Source: Macrostomum lignano (Eukaryota). Taken from it: DNA of 64,000 nt. The DNA lies in the NCBI GenBank assembly GCA_002269645.1, contig NIVC01000441.1, positions 62,001 through 126,000 on the forward strand, in the 5' to 3' direction. Made by a program: the position numbers and the translations under genes. Position 1 is the first letter of the stretch. Each line of letters begins with the position of its first letter. A model generated the notes under the pieces. The model was not told the DNA's origin. It saw only the letters and a list, made by a program, of their open reading frames with translations, and did not search any database. This document shows positions 1 to 13,850 of this stretch, piece after piece.

Positions 1-149
1 TTATACACCAAGAAATGCAGCTAAATTTACTTTGTTGAAAAGTAAAGTACTTTGTCTGGATATTTCCGACTGAAATGATCCAGGCATTTCTTGCGGTGCA
101 TGGCTTAGTTATTTTTGCCTTTTGATTGCCATGATGGCACCTCTTCTGT

Positions 150-1270
<1,121 letters not shown>

Positions 1271-1360
1271 TGTCGAATTTATCAAAGAAAATCGCGTCTC
1301 TGCTAATAGCTTTCCTTTTTATAAGTTCTTTCTTAAGGTAAACAGGCAATCAAGAGAAAT

Positions 1361-1560
1361 TTCTTGCGGGAAAATCTTTCTGCTGGAAAAAGTCTGTGCG
1401 GGGAAAATTCGTGTGGGAAAATCTCGGTGGTAAAAGCTCGGCAGGAAAATCTCGACGGGAAAATTTCCTGCGGGAAACTCTCGCTGTGGTAAAAACTCGC
1501 TGCGGGAGAATCTCGTGCGGGATAGCTCGGCGGGAAAAATTCCTGCGGGAAATTTTCGTG
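1361..1560. repeat. Degenerate ~16-17 bp tandem repeat (GCGGGAAAATCTCG-like)
   Basis: About 11 diverged copies of a CGGGAAAA-cored unit. Confidence 0.7.
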
Positions 1561-2319
1561 CTCCCCTTATTTAGCCATAAATCAAATATCAGCAGTGTAG
1601 AATTGCTAAATTAAGCTACCCTCGGGCTCTTTGCCGGCAGGAAGGAATGCAATTAGCAGAGGTTTAGAAATAATGGTGATAAGATCGATTATTTTGGCTT
1701 GTGTATTAACTTCTTCGCCCTTCTCTTTTACTCTCATCTCATACCCGAAATTCTCTTGTTTCTCTCTCAACTCCACTTTCACTCTCCCCTTCTAATCACG
1801 TCACTTTTCTTTCCCAAATCCGCTTCATTCTAAAAAAAGCTTTAAAAAAGGTACCGCATATTATCAATTATCATTTTCTCATACCTTACAAACTTTGTGA
1901 GTTTAAAAAAAGTTTTACATAAAATAGTTAAATAAGCTTGTATCTAATGATTCAAATAAGTTTTATTGCTTCACTCGGTGCTGCTGCTGGCAACGCGATT
2001 ACGGTCGTAGTTTATTATCAGACAGACGCAATTACTATGCCAACATTGGTTGCTTGCTGCCATCCCCAAAGCTCCCTTACTTATTGAATTGCAATACGAG
2101 TAACTTATTCGTTTAGAGATAACATAACTGATAGGCACTGGCTCTCGTTTTACGATTTTAATACAAATTAATGGTTATCTATCTAAAGCTTGTTTCCTGC
2201 GCTACAAACTAACACCCGACGCCCAGACGAACCCCCGCGGAGAGGGAACCGCCGAAGCAAGCCCGGCGACAACCACCTCAAATTGCTAGCTAGACAGCAC
2301 CCCGTTTCTCTACACCGGT

Positions 2320-2441
2320 TCTGATTGGCTGAGCCCAATTTTTCAATTGCACCACCCCACCAATCCTTAGACTGAATTTAATTGGCTGAGACAATTTTAA
2401 TAGCCCCCTTTTAGGCCAGGGAACCGACGCCAGTATAAATA
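2320..2441 (+). promoter_or_regulatory. nanos promoter: CCAAT-box cluster plus TATA box
   Basis: ATTGG 2324, CCAAT 2335, CCAAT 2360, ATTGG 2381. The motif ATTGGCTGAGnCnAATTTT-like occurs twice. TATAAATA at 2434-2441 lies ~90 bp before the ATG at 2527. Confidence 0.65.
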
Positions 2442-2526
2442 CGAGCCCAGAGTCTAGGAAAGAAGCTAGAAAGTCAACTAAGTTACTTCATATTCATAAT
2501 ACACAATCTTGAATCAAGAAGCCACA

Positions 2527-5500
2527 ATGCAACACCTTCTTGAAAGCAGCACCTGGCTTACTGATCACAGCAGCTGGAAGCTGTTGAAACCAGCCCAGCT
2601 TTCTGCTGAGCCATCGTTGTCCTCGTTATCAATCTCGTCGAACTCGTCTCCAGATAAGGCCGGACACAAAAGCGAGGCATTTGGCAGCTCGGGACAGCTA
2701 GGCTGGAGCTGGAGCACAGTGAAGCCTCTGATTGACTTTGACTCGGGCTGCATGAGCGACTCTGCTGAGCAAAACCATCGGGCTCCGGTGTCGCCCACTG
2801 CCGAAGGCTGGAATGGAGTCTGCGACGGCGGAGGCGGCGCTAGTGGCATTCCTGAACATCAGCAGAAACTCTTTTCGTACGACGCTTTTGGTGAGTGCAC
2901 CGAGTGCATGCATCTATGATATAGGGCTCTTTCCCTGTGATATTTTAATCTTTTATTTTCCCACCGTTGTCACCAAAAGTTGACGAGGTCGAGTTGGCGC
3001 AGTGGGTCTCTGGGTTTTTTTTTTCGCCAGAGATAAGGTGCGAAATCGCACCTTGTGCCAAATTTCAAGGTGCGATTTTAAGGCTCAGAGTGCAATTTCT
3101 CTTGAGTCTTGTTTAGAATGTGAGGGTTTCACGAGAGATATTCAGACAGACTTTCGAAACGATCGTCTGTAACTTTAAACAAAATTGACCCGCTTCAACC
3201 ATCTTTTTGGCAAATACTTACGCAAGTGTTGGGCGTCAAATAAGCTTTAATTTATTAACTGAAGTAAAAATCCTTCTGACATACATTGATTTAAAAATTG
3301 CTTAGCAACACTAGCTCTGATTAGAAATCGCTTTACTATTGACTAAAATTGTTTTGATCGTAGCAGCCTAAAAGCAGATACTGGATTTAAAAATGCTTCG
3401 ATTTACTCTATACGCATGTCTCAGCTTTAAAATGACACCTCAGGCGTCGCAAAAGACAGCTTTGATGCTGAGATATTCGACACTAAACATGCATTGCTTT
3501 GCGCAATCTCACATTCAGAAATTTCACTGATTTTTTGTCGATATTTGTGCAGTTGCCATGTCCTTGTTTTTCATCAGAATCTTGTCAAATTCTAGTCATG
3601 TCCAGTTTAAACCTGGACTTCTCTTAAACTGTCTTAAGTATTTGATTTTTAATGATTCCTGCCTTTATATTGCATAGATTGTACCTGAGTCAGTGAGTCT
3701 GTGAGTGTACATTTGTACATATGGCAACCAATCATGACTTTTTCACCGCTTTGCGGTTCAAATAAATATACGAGTGTACAAGAAACATGTTCCAACTGTT
3801 ATTGAGAGAAATTGACGTCGCGTTTATTAACAGTCAGTGGCAATTAATATGAAGCAAATAGTTTATTGTTATGTTTTTACTTTTTGCGTGGCAATTCTGC
3901 TATCCAAATTGGAATGAGGTAAGCGGTGGGAATAAAATAAAAAGGAAGAATTTTTTCTACTGTTGTTGCAACCCAATAGCTATATGTACTTCAAACTTTT
4001 TAGATTGAACAGGCGATTTCTAATGTACTGCTAAGCTTTCCAATCCCTACGGACTACCGTAGCAGTTCTTAACTTTTTTTCTGTCTTGACTTCTAGACTC
4101 GGAATTCGGAACAACCTAAGGAGCCGCATGAAAATATTTAATTGGATAAAGATATTTTCTAAAAACAGCTCAAGTCGTGACACATCTTCTTCTCACCTCA
4201 GTCCATCAACTGCTGCTCCTTCTGAGACCAAAGCGATCGTGAAAGTAAAACAGATCAGTTTAGATCCCATGGCCATGAATACAACCATTTCAATTGTGAA
4301 CCTGCTTCGCTTACAAGTACGAGCACTAGCCTTCCATTTGATGCCATTAGCTCACTTAACTCTGAAATAGTTCAAGGACGGTTCCAAATATTGAGATCTG
4401 ACGTAGAAGCAGTCCAATTTGTGAAAATTTATCAACTGGACTCCATGAATCACTCCAATGAAAGGCGGCGAATAGCTGTAGAATGCGTAAACAAGTTTAA
4501 GTGAGTCACAAAAACCCCATTTACTGTAACTACATACACTTGTACGTTAGCAAGGCTCCATGCGATGGTTAATAAATGGAGAAGTAGATAAGCATCTGAA
4601 CAAATATTGAATAAAAATCAGTGAAGTTTCCAAATGTGAGTTTGAGCAAAGCAATGTTTAGTGTCGAATATCTCAGCATCAAAGCTGTCTTTTGCAATGC
4701 CTGAGGTGTCATTTTAAAGCTGAGACATGCGTATAGACATGGCTAGAATTTGACAAGATTCTGATGAAAAACAAGGACATGGCAACTGCACAAATATCGA
4801 CAAAAAATCAGTGAAATTTCTGAATGTGAGATTGCGCAAAGCAATGCATGTTTAGTGTCGAATATCTCAGCATCAAAGCTGTCTTTTGCGACGCCTGAGG
4901 TGTCATTTTAAAGCTGAGACATGCGTATAGAGTAAATCGAAGCATTTTTAAATCCAGTATCTGCTTTTAGGCTGCTACGATCAAAACAATTTTAGTCAAC
5001 AGTAAAGCAATTTCTAATCAGAGCTAGTGTTGCTAAGCAATTTTTAAATCAATGTATGTCAGAAGGATTTTTACTTCAGTTAATAAATTAAAGCTTATTT
5101 GACGCCCAACATTTGCGTAAGTATTTGCCAAAAAGATGGTTGAAGCGGGTCAATTTTGTTTGAAGTTACAGACAATCATTTTGAATGTCTGTCTGAATGG
5201 GTCTCCCTAAAACACGCCCTGCACCGCCCTGCAGCGCTACACATTAAAACAAATTGGACTATAACTAAAGACACTTCAGAATGCGTTTTCTGTTAAGCTT
5301 CAAGTTTTTATTAAATTTAGTTTTTTTTACTTTGAAATATAAAATTCGGTGAACAATAAGTGATATTAATAATAATATTAATAAAATAATAATATTATAA
5401 TTTAATAATGAAAACGAGAATATAAAAAATAATATTTAAAAAAAAAGTAAAGATATTTATTCCATTACTATTTTAACTTTTCCTTGCAATCAAATACTGC

Positions 5501-8369
5501 ATTGACAAAAAATGTTATAATGTGTAGCAGTTCGGGGCCCGGTGCGGGGCGTGTTTTAGGGAGCCTTTGTCTGAATATCTCTCGTGAAACCCTCACATTG
5601 CTCACATTTCAGACAACTGGGAATGTATATTTTAATATCTTACATAAGGCTATAGCTATAGGCTATATCGCCTATATGACTTAATAGGATTTAAAGAGTT
5701 ATTTTGTTTCATATTTTAAGGCAGTGCATAAAAAATAGCTTAAGCATGGTTAAGCCTTTAAAGAAAAATGGTTATAAGACCGCACCTAAAACCGCACCTA
5801 CTTTTTTAATTTCAGGGTGCGATTTTAAAATTTAGGGTGCATACGCACACTCTGCGCACAAAAAAAAAACCCTGGTGGGTCTGTTGCTATCCCGCGACTA
5901 AGTGCCCACAAAGAGTTTTTTGTAATTATGGTCTTTCTCTGTCTCTTAAAATATTCCACTTGTTGCCACCAAAGTTGTGTCAGATCTGAGTGTAGCACTT
6001 GATGTACTTCTATAGTTCTAATATCGTATTATGTATTACTCTGTAGCGTATCATGTATATTATTGGTCTGAGCGGTCTTATGGCACTATCCTATCCTATT
6101 TCATGTATTTCATGTGTTTCATGGATTTATTTCTCAGTCCGCGGGCGTTACCGGGATCAGAGGGTCACAGTCACAGCTTACACTGCGCAGGTAGCTATTT
6201 ATTCTGTTTAAGGCGATTTCTTTGATTCTGAATCTAAATGTCTCGTTTCTACACGGTAACTAATTCTCGCAAAGTCTTGAGCTCAGCCTCCCAGGCAGCT
6301 ATACATGTATTGACCCACTGAGGAACCCTAGGGAGCTATATTGACCCACTGAGGAATCCCAGGGAGCTATATTGACCCACTGAGGAATCCCAGGGAGCTA
6401 TATTGACCCACTGAGGAATCCCAGGGAGCTATATTGACCCACTGAGGAATCCCAGGGAGCTATATTGACCCACTGAGGAATTCCAGGGAGCTATATTGAC
6501 CCACTGAGGAATCCCAGGGAACAATATTGACCCACTGAGGAATCCCAGGGAGCTATATTGACCCACTGATGAATCCCAGGGAGCTATTGACCCACTGAGG
6601 AATCCCAGGGAGAGCTATATTGACCCACTGAGGAATCCCAGGGAGCTATTGACCCACTGAGGAATCCCAGGGAGCTATATTGACCCACTGAGGAATCCCA
6701 GGGAGCTATTGACCCACTGAGGAATCCCAGGGAGCTATATTGACCCACTGAGGAATCCCATATCCAGGGAGCTATATTGACCCACTGAGGAATCCCAGGG
6801 AGCTATATTGACCCACTGAGGAATCCCAGGGAGCTATATTGACCCACTGAGGAATCCCAGGGAGCTATATTGACCCACTGAGGAATCCCAGGGAGAGCTA
6901 TATTGACCCACTGAGGAATCCCAGGGAGCTATATTGACCCACTGAGGAATCCCAGGGAGCTATATTGACCCACTGAGGAATCCCAGGGAGCTATATTGAC
7001 CCACTGAGGAATCCCAGGGAGCTATATTGACCCACTGAGGAATCCCAGGGAGCTATATTGACCCACTGAGGAATCCCAGGGAGAGCTATATTGACCCACT
7101 GAGGAATCCCAGGGAGCTATATTGACCCACTGAGGAATCCCAGGGAGCTATATTGACCCACTGAGGAATCCCAGGGAGCTATATTGACCCACTGAGGAAT
7201 CCCAGGGAGCTATATTGACCCACTGAGGAATCCCAGGGAGCTATATTGACCCACTGAGGAATCCCAGGGAGAGCTATATTGACCCACTGAGGAATCCCAG
7301 GGAGCTATATTGACCCACTGAGGAATCCCAGGGAGCTATATTGACCCACTGAGGAATCCCAGGGAGCTATATTGACCCACTGAGGAATCCCAGGGAGAGC
7401 TATATTGACCCACTGAGGAATCCCAGGGAGCTGCTACATGTAGTTGCAACAAAACGCAATACTCGTAAAAAACTATTTCATCTCAAAATACAAAACACAG
7501 GAGAGGCTGAGGTGCACCGTCAACATCTGCTGTGCTCAACACTGACGGACGAGTCTCGCACAACCGACGAATCCGTTGGCATTCTTCGTCATCAGAATCG
7601 CCCTGCAGCTGCATCGCTGAGTCTGAGACAGCGTGGCAACCAGCAGCAGCACCTGCCAATGCCAATCGGCACGCCTGCAGCTCAACCAGCTGTGCATCAT
7701 CAGCATCAGCAGCCTAAACTGAGCATCGGCCACGAGATTGACAAGTGGATCGCCTCGGTCAGCTGTTGCGCCTCGTTGCCTAGCAACATGAAAACCAGGC
7801 CGAATCAGCTTGGCCCGAACCGGATCCTAGTTGACAAAGCTACCCTGCTCAGCTTCCTGGCCAAGCTGAAGATGCATCATCAGAAGAAACGCGAAATTGG
7901 CATCGAATTGTGCGCATTCTGCCGACAGAATCAGGAACCGTTCCACGTGTACACCAGCCACCGACTGGCCGACATCAACGGCAATGTTACCTGCCCAGTG
8001 CTGTTCAGGTGAGCTCGGTCTGCCTGCTGTGATTAAAAATTTATACACAAGTCAGGACCCCTGTAAAACCGCTGACCTAGCCTAAAAAAATCCTGCACCA
8101 GCCTCTAGATATACCGGTATATAATCACTTCATTTAAGCTACTAACAGTAGAGAAGATAAAATGTGACCGACTTTTTAGTGACAAGAGCACAAATTTATT
8201 CAGAATAATATAATCTTTACTATTTTGTCCCTGCCTGAAAAAATCCAGGTACGTGTGCCCAATTTGTGGCGTCTCGGGCAGCAAGGCGCACACCATCAAG
8301 TACTGCCCGCTTGGCAACGGCACCAATCAGCAGCAGCGCCATCGTCTGCAGTCCGTGTCCGGATTCTGA
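2527..8369 (+). CDS. nanos: Nanos CCHC zinc-finger RNA-binding protein; exons 2527-2890, 7501-8008, 8249-8369
   Basis: Spliced translation gives CAFCRQNQEPFHVYTSHRLADINGNVTCPVLFR|YVCPICGVSGSKAHTIKYCP, the two Nanos CCHC fingers. GT-AG junctions (GTGAGT 2891, CAG 7500, GTGAGC 8009, CAG 8248) preserve frame, and TGA is at 8367-8369. Exon 1 is assigned from promoter, donor and phase compatibility. Confidence 0.92.
3117..5599. mobile_element. Long-TIR foldback element (~480-bp near-identical arms) nested in the hAT element
   Basis: 3117-3602 is the reverse complement of 4736-5198 plus 5568-5599, with few mismatches. A partial extra arm copy lies at ~4615-4738. No TSD found. Confidence 0.85.
5199..5567. 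mobile_element. MULE-like MITE inserted in the right arm of the foldback
   Basis: TIRs CTCCCTAAAACACGCCC and GGGCGTGTTTTAGGGAG. 9-bp TSD TGTCTGAAT at 5190-5198 and 5568-5576; this sequence is single-copy in the left arm. Confidence 0.8.
6309..7431. repeat. 31-bp minisatellite (GGGAGCTATATTGACCCACTGAGGAATCCCA), ~36 copies, nanos intron 1
   Basis: Near-identical tandem units ending ~70 bp before the exon 2 acceptor. Confidence 0.97.
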
Positions 8370-8463
8370 CTGATTTGATCGATTCATTCATTGGTCTGCA
8401 AACTGGCTTATCAGAACTTTGTTAAGTGCGTTTTTTGTTTATCAGAGTGAAGAATAGTGAGCT

Positions 8464-9060
8464 GGGATAAAACGGGTAGGATAGACCGCAGTTGTGAATA
8501 CTAATGAGCAGGGATAGAACGGGTAGGATAGACCGCAGTTGCGAATACTAATGAACAGGGATAGAACGGGTAGGATAGACCGCAGTTGTGAAAACTAATG
8601 AACAGGGATAGAACGGGTAGGATAGACCGCAGTTGTGAAAACTAATGAACAGGGATAGAACGGGTAGGATAGACCGCAGTTGTGAAAACTAATGAACAGG
8701 GATAGAACGGGTAGGATAGACCGCAGTTGTGAATACTAATGAACAGGGATAGAACGGGTAGGATAGACCGCAGTTGTGAATAGTAATAAACAGGGATAGA
8801 ACGGGTAGGATAGACCGCAGTTGTGAAAACTAATGAACAGGGATAGAACGGGTAGGATAGACCGCAGTTGTGAATACTAATGAACAGGGATAGAACGGGT
8901 AGGATAGACTGCAGTTGTGAATAGTAATGAACAGGGATAGAACGGGTAGGATAGACCGCAGTTGTGAATACTAATGAACAGGGATAGAACGGGTAGGATA
9001 GACCGCAGTTGTGAAAACTAATGAGCAGGGATAGAACGGGTAGGATAGACCGCAGTTGAG
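8464..9060. repeat. 47-bp minisatellite, ~13 copies, just 3' of the nanos stop
   Basis: Unit GGGATAGAACGGGTAGGATAGACCGCAGTTGTGAATACTAATGAACA. Confidence 0.96.
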
Positions 9061-10081
9061 CAGTATAATTTTTACCGATATTTCCATTTGCATATTCTAT
9101 TTTCGATCTTGAATCCATCAAATATCCCCTGTTAACAAATCAGTTTAGGAAGCGAATTTTATTGATTTTAACCCCTCGTTGATGCTTTTGTATACCCTTG
9201 GATTGATTTTTTGATAAAAGTTGGTTAACTGAATTTATGGTTTATTGGTATGCATTGGAAGAGTGGGCAGTCGATATCGTCTCAGCAAAAAGTGCTGCAT
9301 TTTGAGTATGCGAGCGGTTTTTTTATTTTTAATTTTTTTCGATGTGGTTCAGTCTTACATGTGCGTTTTGAAAAATTCTCAAAAGATTACAGAAATACTA
9401 AGCATTAAATTTATTTTGTTACTTTTTATTGTGTTAAGCGATTGCCTAATTCATTTGACCTATTTGTTTACCTGTTCAAGCCAGCCGTGTTGCAATTATA
9501 TACTGTTATGTTTTAGCTACTATAATTAGTCTTCTTAGACTTTTGTTCGTACTTTTTGACAGTGTTTTAATTTGATTAATTATTTCTGTAATATAAAAAT
9601 TAATTTTTTTAAACATCAAATTAAAGCTGCACTTTTATTACTGTACAATTCTCCCAATATGTCTCGATCGCTTTGAAAGAAAAGTTAAAGTAGATAAAAA
9701 AAAGAAGTTTTATCGTGGGACCATCGAAGTCCTTTGTTTTATGTTATATTTGAATATTTCTAATTGTTTTGCAAACATTTAATCGCTTAATTGCGTTGTA
9801 GCAATCGTAATAATAAAATATACTGAAGCAATAATATTACATGTACTACACACAAGTTGATCGTTTTTAAATTGTGTTCTTATCACCTTGATTTACTCGT
9901 TTTAGAGTACATACATAAATGTACATGTAATAGTTAACAGTACAACAAGGCCTTTAATGTAGTTAATTTTTTCTATGTAACTAGATAAACTTCCATGTGT
10001 AGCTACTGTAGTAACTGCACGAACATGTAATATAAATTCCAATAAAAACCTTGTACATGTACAATTCAATCAAGAATGACG

Positions 10082-10115
10082 CAGGGACTACTCAAACATG
10101 TTTGAGTAGTCCCTG
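10082..10115. mobile_element. 34-bp perfect palindrome, interpreted as a TIR-only hAT element
   Basis: CAGGGACTACTCAAACATGTTTGAGTAGTCCCTG flanked by the perfect 8-bp direct repeat GAATGACG (10074-10081, 10116-10123). Confidence 0.8.
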
Positions 10116-12299
10116 GAATGACGCTTCGCCATTTGCTCTCGCAGTCTCGCCCTTCAGTTATTTTGCCTTTACGGTTTAGCCCGCCCTCAAATCTCTAGCT
10201 ATCGATGAGACGGGAACAAGTAATGACAATGAGCCAAATTGAGCCAAGTGGGTTGTAGCCCCACCTCTTTAAACTGCTATAAACGCCACTCACTGCTTAG
10301 TGGCTTTCACCTATTGCGAAAGATATTGCAGAAATTTTAAATAGCACTTGGAATAATTAAATGACTACAAAACGAAATAGATTTTCTATATTTTTTTACC
10401 TATATGTATAGCTACACAATCTGTACAACACGCGAAACCATTCTTTGAATAGAAGAAGTCGAGGATGGAAATTGGAAGAGTTTTTAAAATATGCGTGAAA
10501 AAATTCCTGTGGCTACGTGTAAAATCTGTATGTAAGTAAAGATCGAAAACATAAAGCCACGGTTCTACTTTTTATCAGAAAAGCAATTCTAATTTACTTG
10601 TTATTGCCATTGAAAACCTGAGTTCCTCACAAAATAAAAATATTCGTGCTTTAGTAGACCTACTAGCTAACATTGATTTTATTCTAAGATTTTTCTGATT
10701 CTGGATTACAGGGAGCCCTTCATACAACCTTAAAGCGATTGCATAAGGCTAATAGTAAAAAACTCGGAAGTTGAGTTTTAAAGTAATGGAGATATAAAAA
10801 TTATTTGTCAGTTGATAAAGAATTCTCAGCAAAAAACCCTTCTATTGTTTTATTATAGTAGACAATGATCAAATGATGATATTAAATCAGATATTTAATT
10901 TGCTTTACTCGTATAATAAACGCAACTTTTTAATTTGGTCCGCAGACTGACGGCTATACAGTATTTTGTTTTAGTTTATATGCTTCGCTTTTCGCAAGCG
11001 CGAAATCTAACAGCTAACAATTAACAATGTTGATAATAGATGGAGGGCTATACGGTGCCGCTCAAGCCGAGCTGCGCCGAGGCGATTTCCTATTCAGGAT
11101 TGTTTCGGAATCAGAATTGTTTCGCAACGGCAGGCTAGCTAGTTCGATGGTCATTCGACATCCGCCAGAAGCGCCCTAGCCTAGGAATTTTTCTGTTGCT
11201 AATGAGTGTATGCCTATATTAAAAGGCGTTATTTAGATTATTTTATGTTATTATTAAATATTATAAAAAGGAAGTGCTTATCCCAATGGTCCCGTGCCGA
11301 TAATTCCAATTTTATCCACACAGATCCATGTCAATAATTTCTAGCTTGTCCCACGGCAGCTTATTCAAGTTATGGAAATAGCTGCCACCATTCAAGTCTA
11401 TATAGGCCGTGTCAATAATTACAATTTTATCCACATGGATCCGTGTCAATAATTTTCAGCTTATCCCCATGGCTAGGATTGTGCAGTTGTTTGTCTTTAG
11501 TTTTGTGTACTGACGTTAAATCAATATTGTCATTATTATTAGTAATGTTAATATCATTATTATTATATATTGAAAGTTGAATCTTGCAAGTCTCATTCGC
11601 CTCGATCTTTGGGTTGTTCGGTTGTTCTAAATAAAGCCGGCAGCTAAGCAAATATTTAAAATTAGGGCCTAACCCTTTTAATGACAAAAAGTTTTAACAA
11701 AGTACTCAATACTATTCAGTATTCAATACATTTAGTTTATTTGGAAGATTTATAAAACAGTGAAAACAAAGATGGTTTTTAAACAGATTCATTTTAAGGT
11801 TCTTTATTCCAATAAGCTGCCCTGGGGAAAGCTGGAAATTATTGACATGGATCTATAGGGATAAGCATTTCCTTATAAAAAAAACAATCTAAATGAAGAA
11901 TCTCCCTAGGCCAATCTTTAGCTTAATAAAACCCTCTAAAACATCTCATTTCTTATGCCCTAATCAATGGTTGTTTAGTTTATAAATATATGGATTTAGT
12001 GTTTTATTGCACTGCATCTTCATAGGATAACTAAATCAAATTTTACCATGCTAGGACCTATCTCTATAGCCATACAGCCTGGGGCTTCATAACACAAATT
12101 TTATAACATCAAGTGCTCCTAACCTAATTGAACAAAAATACTATTTTTTTGTAGTTCTATAATATAAAAAGTTCAAAAATCTAATACAGTTAGGTCTAAC
12201 ACCTAAAGTTATTGATAGGGCCTATAAATATATAGTATATATATTTTTGGCTCCAACCAAAGTCGTCATTTTCAAGATCCTCATATGGGTATCGAGTCA

Positions 12300-12795
12300 A
12301 TCTGGCTCTGGCAACAAGACAATCTGGCAATAGACAATCTGGCAACAGTCAATCCAGCAGCAGACAATCCTGTGTTAGATATTAATTCAACATATATCAG
12401 CATATATATAGATTAGTTGAGCTATTTTTTTAGCTCTTTATTATTACTTATTAATACTTAAATAATTAAATAACAATTAGGCCTATATAAACTATAATTG
12501 TTGCAATTATATTTTTATAGCTATATATAGCTATTGATTTTTAAAATGTTATTTTCAAAGACAATCAATTTAATCTATTTGGAAAGCAAGTTTGTATGAC
12601 TATGATCAATATTATTGTATATATTGTATTTGTGACAATATTCAAAAGTCAAAGAACCAAAAATTGCTGGGAGGCCTATATATGCTGATATATATTGATT
12701 TAATATCTGTTGCTAGATTGTCTGTCACTAGATTGACTGTTGCTGGATCATTTATTGCCGGATTGTCTTGTCGCCAAACTGTCTGGAAGCCGTCA
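12300..12795. mobile_element. Degenerate MITE with repeated GACAATCTGGC subterminal motifs
   Basis: ~12303-12410 is an inverted match of ~12680-12790. Arm differences are mostly CG/TG/CA. Ends are approximate. Confidence 0.65.
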
Positions 12796-13515
12796 TATGT
12801 GGGTTACAATAAAAACAACTAAATTATCTAAATTGTCATTGTCTTTGCATTTAGACAATGTTGAATTCACTAAATCATCATATTATGTTTTACAAAGAAA
12901 ACTTGAATTTTTTGAGTTAGATATGTTACTTAAATAGTCCTAGATGTTTCATTTGCTATGCAAAGATCTTAGCTCTCATAGTGGCAATATATTCTTGTTT
13001 GCCAACAAAGGATTTTCAACTTTAAATTACATTCATAGGCCTAGGCCTAGCATCCACTTAAAAGATGCAAAGCCTTGGACTAATTTCTATATTAAAGTTA
13101 ATAGGCCTAGTTGAGCTAAATATTCAAGGTTTAACTAGGAATGAATGATATAAAATAGTGTTATAATGATTTGATAACTCTATAATTAAAAGCAGATGTA
13201 GGGTATATTTTTAAACTTTATGCAAGATATTATTCCTTAGCTTTAATTTTTCTAGGGTCCTATGTTATTTTGTTTGATTTGGTTTCAATTCCAAGAAATT
13301 TGATAAATTGGTCATATTCAATGTAGACAAAATATATCATTAGGCCTATATAATATTTGTACATTATATGATACATGATATAGACTGAATGTGGATTTTT
13401 GCAAGTTTTTAAAATAGAATTTAAATGTACAAAAAATCAAAATCAAAAACCTTCACATTTCTAAAAAAGTGAGACATTTTTTGGATTTAGATTCCAAATC
13501 TAAATATTTGAATCC

Positions 13516-13850
13516 CAATGGCGGCGCAGTATCTTTGGTTGGGATGGGGGTGCAGTAATTAGGTGGTCATCCCCCTTCCCCTACCAATTGTAATTAAACA
13601 AATAAAAACATTTGAATAGGAACAAACCAGATTATTTTCTAAGAAAATAAAAAATTATAAACAATTTATGCCATACTTCTTATAAAACAAATGCAAAACA
13701 TAAAAATTCTTATAAAAATGTATTTTTAATCATTGATACAAGTTGCAAGGCAGGGGTGACTATCTGCCCTCCTTTCCTAAGGTCTTTTTCAAGGCTGTGG
13801 GGATAATAAAGTGGTTACCTAGGGGCAACTGCCCCCCTGTGCTGCCATTG
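13516..13850. mobile_element. hAT-type MITE
   Basis: TIRs CAATGGCGGCGCAG and CTGTGCTGCCATTG. 8-bp TSD TTGAATCC / TCAAATCC, both derivable from TCGAATCC. Confidence 0.75.

Larger units (their letters stand above)
3010..5874. mobile_element. Non-autonomous hAT-type DNA transposon with nested insertions, in nanos intron 1
   Basis: Ends CTGGG(T)n and (A)nCCCTG, perfect 8-bp TSD GTGGGTCT at 3002-3009 and 5875-5882, and GGTGCGATTTT subterminal repeats at both ends. Confidence 0.8.

Noticed and set aside
6309-9060. 31-, 43- and 47-bp arrays as CRISPR-like loci
   Set aside because: Units are head-to-tail with no unique spacers, there are no cas genes, and the context is eukaryotic.
10455-10540. WKSF*NMREKIPVATCKIC resembles a BED zinc-finger start of a hAT transposase
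   Set aside because: Short, contains a stop, and has no downstream transposase sequence that I can recognise.
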